64,000 bases of DNA, from the IMG/VR virus record IMGVR_UViG_3300013126_000020. One strand, 5' to 3'. Positions 46,685-55,231 of the stretch are shown here, in pieces (the stretch's first letter is position 1; every line of letters begins with the position of its first letter). Origin of the DNA: an uncultured virus (IMG/VR IMGVR_UViG_3300013126_000020) (taxonomy: Duplodnaviria; Heunggongvirae; Uroviricota; Caudoviricetes). Position numbers and translations under genes: made by a program. The notes under the pieces were generated by a model. It saw nothing but the letters and a program-made list of their open reading frames with translations, was not told the origin of the DNA and did no database searches.

Positions 46685-47434
46685 ATGGCTAATTTTCCAC
46701 TGTTTAAGCGCGCTGGGCATGAGCTGAGATCTGAAGCTGGCATTCTCGATTTCATAAAAGATCTTGGATCCAAGGCCATTGACCTACTGGACTCTGATGT
46801 CGCAAGAAGTATAAAAGATTTACCCGAGAATTTTTTAGCAGGTATTTCCGATAAGGATAGTGGTTTACATAGTAGCAAAAAACCTTCGCCCGAGCAGGTA
46901 AAAAAATATATTCAGAAAGTGGTTTCTGAGCGCGAGAGCACTCGACCAAGTGGCAAAAAGATCACCGTTACAAAGCTGCAGACCGTTCCTGGTCCTGCTG
47001 GATCTGATGACGCATTCTATGGCAAGATCTTATCTGGAATCGGCGCTCCTGTGACTCCAGAAAATAAAAGATTTATGTACGCCTGGCGGGTGGCTGAGGG
47101 AGGGCAGGCTGCTTTCAATCCATTTAATACAACGCAGGGCGCGCCGGGTGCGACAAACTACAATACTGCTGGTGTCAAGAACTATACCAGCGAAGAGCAA
47201 GGCGTGGCGGCAACTGTAAAAACTCTGCTAAATGGCAGATATGGCGAGATTGTATCAGTGCTCCGTGATGGAGGACCTGGGGCCTCTGCGGCAGCTGCTC
47301 AGGCTCTTGCTCGCAGTCCGTGGGGGACTGGAGAGCTTGTCTTTAGAGTTTTAAAAGGAAGAGGTCAGCGCAAGCCCATTTACCAGCTACCTGAAGCCGA
47401 AGAGGATGGCGAAACTATTCATATGAATAGCTAA
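46685..47434 (+). CDS. protein with C-terminal lysozyme-like (putative peptidoglycan hydrolase) domain; begins MANFPLFKRA
   Basis: AWRVAEGG...NPFNTT...GVKNY...QGVAATVKTL...SPWGT resembles lysozyme-fold virion hydrolases. Confidence 0.6.
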   Translation: MANFPLFKRAGHELRSEAGILDFIKDLGSKAIDLLDSDVARSIKDLPENFLAGISDKDSGLHSSKKPSPEQVKKYIQKVVSERESTRPSGKKITVTKLQTVPGPAGSDDAFYGKILSGIGAPVTPENKRFMYAWRVAEGGQAAFNPFNTTQGAPGATNYNTAGVKNYTSEEQGVAATVKTLLNGRYGEIVSVLRDGGPGASAAAAQALARSPWGTGELVFRVLKGRGQRKPIYQLPEAEEDGETIHMNS

Positions 47435-47519
47435 TTCCGATCTTTGCTTGTAAATATAACTATCAATCCGGAAGCTCTAATTTAAACGAGGTCCCGTAAT
47501 TACCGGCACTTGGAGATAC

Positions 47520-47993
47520 ATGAAATCGGACATTGACTGGAAATCCCTTGAGCTAGCACTGAATCCGCCGACCGACAGGTCAATTGACTTTGCTTCAGCA
47601 TCTGGTCAGTTTACGAAGGTCGCGTTTGATGTTTATAAGAAGATCGGAGAAGAGGGCCTATGGGAGCTGCGCGAAGCCGCAGACGGCCGCAAAGTTCTTG
47701 TTGCTCTCTATGAGGAAGCTGCGGAAAACATTAAGACTGCCTCTGTAAATGAGTGGTCGGCTCACCCGGACTCTTCCAGCAAGTTTGTAACTCTAGCCTT
47801 CCGTGGCGCCCCAATCTACAAATTCGCTGCGGCAGATTACGGATTTGACGAGTCGAGCGCCGGTCAGTTTGCTAGTTTCATTGCATCAAAGGCGCGTGAT
47901 AGTTCATTTGTCGACCAGTTGGCCGACACCCTAACTCCGGCCCGTCGCGCCCACCTGCTAGATCTTATCAGTGATCAGGGGAAAACCAAATGA
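47520..47993 (+). CDS. hypothetical head-region protein
   Basis: GGAG SD; first gene of the long + strand operon. Confidence 0.75.
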   Translation: MKSDIDWKSLELALNPPTDRSIDFASASGQFTKVAFDVYKKIGEEGLWELREAADGRKVLVALYEEAAENIKTASVNEWSAHPDSSSKFVTLAFRGAPIYKFAAADYGFDESSAGQFASFIASKARDSSFVDQLADTLTPARRAHLLDLISDQGKTK

Positions 47994-49489
47994 CCGATAT
48001 CAAGCGTCAGCTCCAGGCTTTTCTAAAGGCTGCAAGTGCGGCCGTAACCGAGGATTCAAAGGATTACTTTGTTTCCGATGTTCTTAATCGTATTAACGCA
48101 GCCTATACCCGGACGCGTGACGGCAGCCTTCATGCGCTACACAACGTTGTAGCCGCCAAGGCTGATCAGGTCGTAATTAGTCGCGCAGACCTGCGCGACA
48201 GCTGGGTGCGAGTTGCAAGCCTCGGGCGGGCTGATGTTGTTCGTGATGAGATCGGAGATTTGCTTGGCGATACCGCCCCTTCGAGTGGTGTAGTGCGCAG
48301 CTCCGAGCAAACATCTATGAATGCAGGCAAGTCTGCAATCGATATTTCGGTAGATGATTCCGCTAAGTATGCCGCCCTATTCGGCGAGCATGTTGCCACC
48401 AATAGCGTTCGCCTTGGCATGGAAACAATCCAGGCAGAAATGAAAGACTATGGCCTTGATAGCAAGCTTACCCTTGCTGCACAGGATTCGCGTTTTGCTG
48501 TATTTGCGGCAGAGCTCAGCGACGGCAAGCGCACCGCTAGCGCCCTGATCCCGACCGAAGTCCGCAATGGCACCGTGCTGCTGCCATCGGTTTTCTTTGG
48601 CGCAAACTTCTCCGAGTTTAACAAGGAAAATCTCGGCAGCTGGGCAAGCACCGGCAGCAAGGCTACGGTCTCCGCTGTTGGCCTGCTCGACAAGCTCAAC
48701 AACCTCGCTGGTCCGGCTGTTATCAAAGCTGCTGCAGACGCCTGGGATGCCGACATCGGCGTCGCCGGTGGCACCGGCTTCGATCTTGGCTCTCTTGAGT
48801 CGCCAGTTCTCTCTCCAGCTGAGCTACCGACCGAACTCAGTCCTGCTGCGAAGCAGATGGGTGGAGCTGACTTTGAGCAAGTGTTCAAGGAGGCTACCCT
48901 GAAGTGTGGTCCCGAGAAGCTTGCCTCTGCACGCCAGATGCTTGCAAACCAGCTCCGCTTTGCCAATGTTCGTCATGACAAGATTGTCGTAGAAAGCGAA
49001 ATTGACAATGGTCTTCGTCTTGGCACCCATATTCGCAGTGCATCCGGTAAACAGTACATCACTGTACCGGTTGAATTCGATGGTGGCAATGTGCTCCTGC
49101 CAGGCTTCTTCCAGGCCGGCAATCGCGTATGCGAATTCTCTGACTCCGCTCTGCAGCGCATCGCGTCAGAGTCTGATGCATCTTTCAATGCCGCCGCATC
49201 TGGCTTTAAGAGCCTGGGCTTTAACGATCTCTACAAGATTGTTATTAAGAATGCTCAATTTGGCAACCTAGCTGGTGCCGAAGAGGCAATGGCAGTGATT
49301 CTGCAGGAGCACGGCGAGGATCTTCACCGCCAGGCTTTCCAGGATATGGTTTCCGTTATCCAGAAGAGTGCCACTATGGAGCGCAGCGACCTCGACAAGT
49401 ATGCCGATGACCTCGCCGCTGGTGGTAGCGAAACTGCCAATTATGTTTCAAATCGTGTAAACGCGGCCATGCTTGGCCTACTGGACTGA
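47990..49489 (+). CDS. hypothetical virion protein with two internally repeated domains
   Basis: IPTEVRNGTVLLPSVF and VPVEFDGGNVLLPGFF repeats. Confidence 0.8.
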   Translation: MTDIKRQLQAFLKAASAAVTEDSKDYFVSDVLNRINAAYTRTRDGSLHALHNVVAAKADQVVISRADLRDSWVRVASLGRADVVRDEIGDLLGDTAPSSGVVRSSEQTSMNAGKSAIDISVDDSAKYAALFGEHVATNSVRLGMETIQAEMKDYGLDSKLTLAAQDSRFAVFAAELSDGKRTASALIPTEVRNGTVLLPSVFFGANFSEFNKENLGSWASTGSKATVSAVGLLDKLNNLAGPAVIKAAADAWDADIGVAGGTGFDLGSLESPVLSPAELPTELSPAAKQMGGADFEQVFKEATLKCGPEKLASARQMLANQLRFANVRHDKIVVESEIDNGLRLGTHIRSASGKQYITVPVEFDGGNVLLPGFFQAGNRVCEFSDSALQRIASESDASFNAAASGFKSLGFNDLYKIVIKNAQFGNLAGAEEAMAVILQEHGEDLHRQAFQDMVSVIQKSATMERSDLDKYADDLAAGGSETANYVSNRVNAAMLGLLD

Positions 49490-49492
49490 TAT

Positions 49493-50023
49493 ATGCTGAA
49501 AATCGCAAAACTTGAGCAAGAAATCAGCAACCTTGATGGGTCTGGCACGGACGAGGATACCCTTGCCGCCGCAGCCCTGGACTTTGCTGCCTATGACACA
49601 GATGATCTGCGTCGTGTTGCAAGCCTCGTAGTCGGGTTTGCAGATGCCCTTGATGCTGACGGTCACCGCGTGGCGGCGGATCGCCTGGATCGCGTGCTAG
49701 GCAAGTTTGCGGCAAGTCCAGAGGCATTCTGGGATCCGCCAAAGCGCCGCAGCACAGAAATGCTACCGCCAAACCGCTCTGCGATTGGCGATATCGGCGC
49801 CAGCCTCAGCACCCGCCACTCACCCGACTTGCCAGGGGTCCAGCTGGTTCGTGTATCGGATGGCGTTTACCGTGATCCGGTAACTGATAAGACTTATGAT
49901 TTTCACAAGGGATTCGTCCTAGATGACGGAACCAAGTATGTCGGAGGGTCGGTGTCTGCACAAACACCGGCCGGCAGCGAAAGATTCCGGCCACTGCGAC
50001 AACAAATCGAATTCGGCAAGTGA
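49493..50023 (+). CDS. hypothetical head-region protein with AxxLDxxG module
   Basis: FADALDADGHRVAADRLD; LSTRHSPD...YRDPVT. Confidence 0.75.
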   Translation: MLKIAKLEQEISNLDGSGTDEDTLAAAALDFAAYDTDDLRRVASLVVGFADALDADGHRVAADRLDRVLGKFAASPEAFWDPPKRRSTEMLPPNRSAIGDIGASLSTRHSPDLPGVQLVRVSDGVYRDPVTDKTYDFHKGFVLDDGTKYVGGSVSAQTPAGSERFRPLRQQIEFGK

Positions 50024-50029
50024 TTTGTT

Positions 50030-50054
50030 ACCGGGGCCCAGGCGGGCCCCGGGT
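50030..50054 (+). terminator. GC-rich hairpin
   Basis: CCGGGGCCC-AGGC-GGGCCCCGG. Confidence 0.6.
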
Positions 50055-50071
50055 CATTTGTAATATAAATC

Positions 50072-50776
50072 ATGGCAACAAAAAACAAAATCCTTGGACA
50101 TATAGATCGCGATATCATCATCAAGATGCTTTCTGACGGAGAAAGTCCTCAGAGTGTGGCTGACTTTCTCAAAAAGAAATACCCTGGCAAGCACAATGCG
50201 CACCTGAACGTGCACTGGCGAACTGTACATGATTTCCGGGATCGCTTTATGCCCTCCGGTAAGCTAAGCAAGATTGCCCTCCAGGAGAGCGAAGTTCCGC
50301 GCTGGGCAAAGGAAAATGCTGAAATCAAGGCCGAGCTAATAAAATCATCCGCCTACCAAGAGGCTATTGCGAAGCTCGCACAAGAGGAGATAAACGTAAA
50401 AAAGGAGCTTGTCCAGCTTCTTACGATAATTAAAGGCCGTATGGAGTTCTACTACAATGAGCTGCATGCCAGTGGCAAGATGGATGAGCGCAACGAGAAA
50501 GTGCTACTAGAGCAAATGAAGCTCCTCCTATCTATCTTGCAGCAGCAAGACAAGGCTGATACAGCCGCTTCAGTCCAGTCAGCAGAAGTAAGCGTAAATA
50601 TAAACATCGTTCGTGACCATGCAACGGTTATCCGTGATGCAGTGCGCGATACCCTCGATAGCGTAGATCCAAATCTAGCGATTGAGTTCATGGAGCGTCT
50701 GAACCTGAAGATGAAGGAGCTCGAGTACACGGAGACCACCGGCCTTATCCCTCTTGGTGGGAGGATCAATGTTTAA
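50072..50776 (+). CDS. N-terminal HTH-like/coiled-coil protein (terminase small subunit candidate)
   Basis: IIKMLSDGESPQSVADFL; helical body; NINI tail; upstream of TerL; function is inference. Confidence 0.5.
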   Translation: MATKNKILGHIDRDIIIKMLSDGESPQSVADFLKKKYPGKHNAHLNVHWRTVHDFRDRFMPSGKLSKIALQESEVPRWAKENAEIKAELIKSSAYQEAIAKLAQEEINVKKELVQLLTIIKGRMEFYYNELHASGKMDERNEKVLLEQMKLLLSILQQQDKADTAASVQSAEVSVNINIVRDHATVIRDAVRDTLDSVDPNLAIEFMERLNLKMKELEYTETTGLIPLGGRINV

Positions 50777-52148
50777 CTTCACAGAAGACAAATTTGATAA
50801 CGAGATGCTGGAGTGCTTAAAGGGCATATCTGCTAAAGCGGAAAGGTGTGGAGTTGAATCGCGGGATCTAGTAAAGTTCCTCTTCCTAGATAGAGTTTTG
50901 ACAGATGCCCTCAGACACCTAAATACAAAGCTATCAGAGTCAGAGTACGAAGATCTGTTAAGCCACTTTATTAGGTCAGAGGTTAGTACGCTAAAAGAAA
51001 TAGCGAAAGAGCTAGTATCTGTCTTAGGCAAGAGCAAAGATCCTAATAAGACCCTGTCCTTCTCTCTTGGTAAAGAATTAAAGAAAGAAGCTTACCCTAT
51101 ACGGGTAGATACAGCTGTATATACGGGTATTAAAAGGAATTTCCCCTCTCTGGCGTCTCGGGCGGCAAGCCTTATATCCTCGGGCGTTTTAGAGGCAGAC
51201 GCGATTCGTAGGGTGATTTCTGACCTAGACATGGATGACCGCTTGGCCTTCCTTTCCTGGTATGGATTAAAGTACAAGTCCGGTAGGAATTTGGGCTACC
51301 TGAGTGCTCAGGAGGACGTTTTGATTAAAAAAGTTGCATACGGCCCCGAGGGCTCAGATAGTGCATTCGTCTACGAGTTCATGCGCAAGCAGCCTGCCCA
51401 GGAGCCCCCTGTTGTACAGCCGGCGCGTGACCACCAGACTGACCCGATGTCTGCAGAAGAGTTCAAGAAGATGCGCGACAAGATGGTCGGCAGGACTTTT
51501 GCCATTGACAAGCTGCTGGAAAAATATCGTCACCTGCTCAAGGAAGAGCAGTTCGATGCAGTCGAGGATAGCCTCAATGTTCTTCGCAAGAGCATTCGCA
51601 AGCTCAAAGTGGCAACTCTTCAAGATGTTATTGAGAAGGTGGCCTTCACTGCGGAGCAAAATGATTGGTTCGAGGGCGCCGACGTAATTCGCAAGATAGC
51701 TGCCCCGGATGAAACGTTCGTAAAGGTTGCTGGCTCCATCTCCCGCCCAGACGACCTAGAGGCTGTTCTTAAGTCGCTTGAGGAGATCTCAGCGTTCCTC
51801 CGCCAGCGCGCGATTATCAGGGAGCTGTCAGCCAGGGATATTGATATCTTTAATCTTGGCTTCGGTCATATGCCTGAGATCGGTGACGCCGCTGCAAAGC
51901 TGATGGAGGCCTTCAACGGCTCAGCGAATAAGATCGATGATCTTGTTGGCAAGCTCCGCGCAGAGCTCCAGCAGCAGACCGCTCCAAAGATGGCTCCTGC
52001 TGTCGTTAAAACGGTCGTCAGGCCGCAGGATCTTCCGCTCGTCAAGGCACTCGAGCCAGCACCTCCGGAGGCATCTGAGGGCACTACAGAATTAGCTGCA
52101 CCAGATGCGCTACCGCTTGCACCACCAGCATTCCCGCCTAAGGTTTGA
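50769..52148 (+). CDS. hypothetical helical head-region protein rich in KxA motifs
   Basis: GGAGG SD; Pro-rich C-terminus. Confidence 0.78.
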   Translation: MFNFTEDKFDNEMLECLKGISAKAERCGVESRDLVKFLFLDRVLTDALRHLNTKLSESEYEDLLSHFIRSEVSTLKEIAKELVSVLGKSKDPNKTLSFSLGKELKKEAYPIRVDTAVYTGIKRNFPSLASRAASLISSGVLEADAIRRVISDLDMDDRLAFLSWYGLKYKSGRNLGYLSAQEDVLIKKVAYGPEGSDSAFVYEFMRKQPAQEPPVVQPARDHQTDPMSAEEFKKMRDKMVGRTFAIDKLLEKYRHLLKEEQFDAVEDSLNVLRKSIRKLKVATLQDVIEKVAFTAEQNDWFEGADVIRKIAAPDETFVKVAGSISRPDDLEAVLKSLEEISAFLRQRAIIRELSARDIDIFNLGFGHMPEIGDAAAKLMEAFNGSANKIDDLVGKLRAELQQQTAPKMAPAVVKTVVRPQDLPLVKALEPAPPEASEGTTELAAPDALPLAPPAFPPKV

Positions 52149-52858
52149 TAATGGAAACCGTTGCCTCTATAATGAAGCAGGTAGCATCATTGGCAGCAAC
52201 CAATGGTTTGCCTAGGCCATTTATAGTTGGCGGCGCAGTCAGGAATATGATAACTGGAGCTGATCCGGTAGACTACGACATTACCTGTGGCAGCCCAGAT
52301 AATCTTATTCTGGCAGACCTGGTTGCGGAGTACTTTGGAGTGCCGATCTACGAAACAGGCAGCGGCTCCAAAAAGATGGTTGTGGAAGGAATAGAGCTGG
52401 ATTTTAGTCCACATGTGCTCTACACGGAACACAAGGATGGATCATTCGCGTCCGAGCTATACAGCCGAGACTTTACGATTAATACGATGATGATCGCCTG
52501 CGACGACGGTCACTTCGTAGATGTTTGCGGTGGGCTGGAAGACTTAAAAAGCAAAACTCTGCGCTGCCCGCTGACCCCAGAAATCACGTTTCGCGATCCT
52601 GTCAGGCTCCTGAGGGCGATAAAGTACATCGCAGAAGGAATGCAGCCAGAACAGCAGCTTGAAGACGAGCTGATCAAGCAGTTCCATAAAATTGAAAAGA
52701 TCAATCACGGGCATGCCGGTAGGATTATAAATGATGCTATCCGCAAAAATCCTGAAATAGTTAGCTGGCTGTATGAGCGGGATCTTATTAAACACATACC
52801 TGTCACAAAGCTCGTGATGAGAGAGCTGGCTCGCCAGAGGATGCTGCACCATGTCTGA
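52145..52858 (+). CDS. class II nucleotidyltransferase (CCA-adding/poly(A) polymerase family)
   Basis: IVGGAVRN...DYDI, SRDFTINTM, GLEDL, RDPVRLLRA. Confidence 0.88.
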   Translation: MIMETVASIMKQVASLAATNGLPRPFIVGGAVRNMITGADPVDYDITCGSPDNLILADLVAEYFGVPIYETGSGSKKMVVEGIELDFSPHVLYTEHKDGSFASELYSRDFTINTMMIACDDGHFVDVCGGLEDLKSKTLRCPLTPEITFRDPVRLLRAIKYIAEGMQPEQQLEDELIKQFHKIEKINHGHAGRIINDAIRKNPEIVSWLYERDLIKHIPVTKLVMRELARQRMLHHV

Positions 52859-53243
52859 TCTAAAGCGCTGGAAGCAAAACATAATAAATGAAGCTCTTGC
52901 CCTGCACAGAGATCATGGGTCTGGCGCCGAATGCGTTATTCGGGCGACTGCCGGCTGGTCGGAAGACCATCCGCTGACGGGCGACGACGCTCGCGTTCCG
53001 CCGTTTTTTAGACAAAATTATGACTATGGCTCGGGCGAGGGCCTCCAGGGCCAGCTGGATGAGTATCGCAAAAGAGCCGCGAAATCGCTTAAAAAGCGGG
53101 TGTATGAGGCCTATGCACTTGATTCCGCAATCCCAACAGAGGCTTATTGCGGGAAAGAGAGAAATCGCAAGTATTGGAAGTCTGCCGGTTCCAGCAAGGC
53201 AGTAAGAGATTTCTTGAAGTACATAGAACAGGTGTCATGTTGA
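52851..53243 (+). CDS. hypothetical protein
   Basis: overlapping start/stop with neighbours. Confidence 0.65.
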   Translation: MSDLKRWKQNIINEALALHRDHGSGAECVIRATAGWSEDHPLTGDDARVPPFFRQNYDYGSGEGLQGQLDEYRKRAAKSLKKRVYEAYALDSAIPTEAYCGKERNRKYWKSAGSSKAVRDFLKYIEQVSC

Positions 53244-53782
53244 AAAAGCTAGCTGTTATCCGGACTCCGGATGGAATAAATCGCTGCCCATTTGGTCTTG
53301 GCATTCAGGTGGCTTGTCGCAATGCCGGCGATTCTGTCCTGCGGATGGAGGCACTGGCGAATGTCGACCCAGAGTCCAGGGATGTGCAAAAGCAGCACAA
53401 TGTTGCTGTTTACGCCATGTACGGTCAGGGCCGGTGTGTGTTTGCGGACAAGCTTGCCGAGAACGGCAGGGTTGTTCATTGTGATTATGGCGAGCCGGGC
53501 GCCGGTATATCTGACTCTGCTATGGACGCTATACAGGTTTACCCACGCATGTTCGGAGCCATGGGCATTCATGACTATTATAGCTACCCGCTGGCCAGCT
53601 ATTGGGACAATCCCGGCAACGCAAACCTGTTTGACGGCATCTATGGCTATGCCAGTCAGGATGATGCTGGGCTAATAATAAATGCAAATTCTACGGAAAA
53701 CACAGAATTAGTAGGCCCTGATCTGAAAAAAACACAGCAGGTCCTAGACGATTTGTTCGCTGATGAGGAAAACAATGAATGA
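53237..53782 (+). CDS. hypothetical Cys-containing protein (MLKKLAV...)
   Basis: AGGTG SD; CPFGL...C...C...C. Confidence 0.7.
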   Translation: MLKKLAVIRTPDGINRCPFGLGIQVACRNAGDSVLRMEALANVDPESRDVQKQHNVAVYAMYGQGRCVFADKLAENGRVVHCDYGEPGAGISDSAMDAIQVYPRMFGAMGIHDYYSYPLASYWDNPGNANLFDGIYGYASQDDAGLIINANSTENTELVGPDLKKTQQVLDDLFADEENNE

Positions 53783-54650
53783 CGATCTTCTTGACATTAT
53801 CAATGATGACATCCTGCTTGGCGAAGGGGATGATGACTCCATGTTCGAAGTAGACATTCTTCCTGGCTCGGACAAGTCGCTTGATCGCAACAAGGACGGC
53901 GATGAGGACGAAGATACCGACTGGGAGCATCACGGCGATCACAGCAAGTTCCTGTCTTACTTGGCTCAGAAGATGGACGCGATCCCGCGCCACAAGGGGC
54001 ATACTACGGTTGGCTGCGAGCGCGCTATTGCCTATCTAAAGCGCCTCGATGCCGAGATCAGCAAGGCTATTCGCTCGGACGAAAAGAATATTATCGACGA
54101 GGAAGAGGCGGAGGGCATCCGCGACAAAATTTACGACTACGTTGCCCGACTAGAAGAGGCGCTTGAGGGCCTTGCCTCCAAAAAGTCACGCCGCAAGACT
54201 GCGGCCTTTAAGCTGTCCTCGTCCGTGTTTACGCGGATTGGCGCCGATGGCGACCCGGCCTACTACATTCGAGCCGAAACTGACGGTCAGGAGACTCTGC
54301 TGCCGGTAACTCTCGAAGAGCCATCAGACATCCAGGTTCGCGCCTATATGGAGTGGGAGTCAGGTCAGTTTAAGAAAGAGGCCTCATCTGCCCGCATAGT
54401 GCTGATGGCAGACCCTTTCCTCCACGAAATCACAAATATCATAATTCGCTCACATGTGACCTATGGTCGCAATATCGAAATAGTTTATCGCGACCTGGCG
54501 AAGAAGTATGGCTTCACTGATCGAGACCACCTATCAGTCCACTCACTGCTCCGCGAGAAGGGAATGCTGATTGATCGCGATTTTAGCCGGATCGGAGAAG
54601 AGGTAGAGGTCGGCACCCAGAGCGTAGGCAACAAGTCCTATCCAGCCTGA
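53775..54650 (+). CDS. hypothetical protein with acidic N-terminus
   Basis: GAGG SD; operonic packing. Confidence 0.75.
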   Translation: MNDDLLDIINDDILLGEGDDDSMFEVDILPGSDKSLDRNKDGDEDEDTDWEHHGDHSKFLSYLAQKMDAIPRHKGHTTVGCERAIAYLKRLDAEISKAIRSDEKNIIDEEEAEGIRDKIYDYVARLEEALEGLASKKSRRKTAAFKLSSSVFTRIGADGDPAYYIRAETDGQETLLPVTLEEPSDIQVRAYMEWESGQFKKEASSARIVLMADPFLHEITNIIIRSHVTYGRNIEIVYRDLAKKYGFTDRDHLSVHSLLREKGMLIDRDFSRIGEEVEVGTQSVGNKSYPA

Positions 54651-54657
54651 GGCAAAT

Positions 54658-55167
54658 ATGACCATTTGGGATGAACTGTATAAGGATCTTGTTAAAAGCG
54701 AGCTAAAGCAGGACGGCCTTAGTGCCGAATCCGGCGAGCACTTCAAGACCGTCGAGGCCAAAGTAGATGAGTTGCGCCGCAGGGTTTGCCTTGACTCCGC
54801 TTCACACCTGACCAAGCAAGCATCCCTTAGGAAGCAGGCATCTGCTAGCTTTAAGCTTGTTATCGCAGGGGACGTCGAGCATGGTCTTGCCGAGATCAAG
54901 TCATATATTGCAGGCCTAATAGACCTACGCCGATCAGGCATAGACGGGCTGCAAGTCATGGATGATGTCAAAAATAAGTTTGCTCACAAAGCAGAGCTTG
55001 TGCGAGAGCACAAGGCTGAGCTAAAGGATTTTATCGAAAAGCTGCTGTCAAAGTACAAAATCGAGCTGCCTGCCCCTGTCCCAGTGCTGTATAATAAGCC
55101 TGAAGGCAGCGCCTCAAAAGAAGATAACGAGACTTTCGAGAATATATCCGACAAGCTAAAACACTGA
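54658..55167 (+). CDS. hypothetical protein
   Basis: GAGG SD; LTKQASLRKQAS. Confidence 0.72.
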   Translation: MTIWDELYKDLVKSELKQDGLSAESGEHFKTVEAKVDELRRRVCLDSASHLTKQASLRKQASASFKLVIAGDVEHGLAEIKSYIAGLIDLRRSGIDGLQVMDDVKNKFAHKAELVREHKAELKDFIEKLLSKYKIELPAPVPVLYNKPEGSASKEDNETFENISDKLKH

Positions 55168-55231
55168 ATGTGGCATCAGATTGCAATAAGTCCGGCTTCA
55201 ATAGCCGGATTTATGTTTATGGAGAAAGCAG

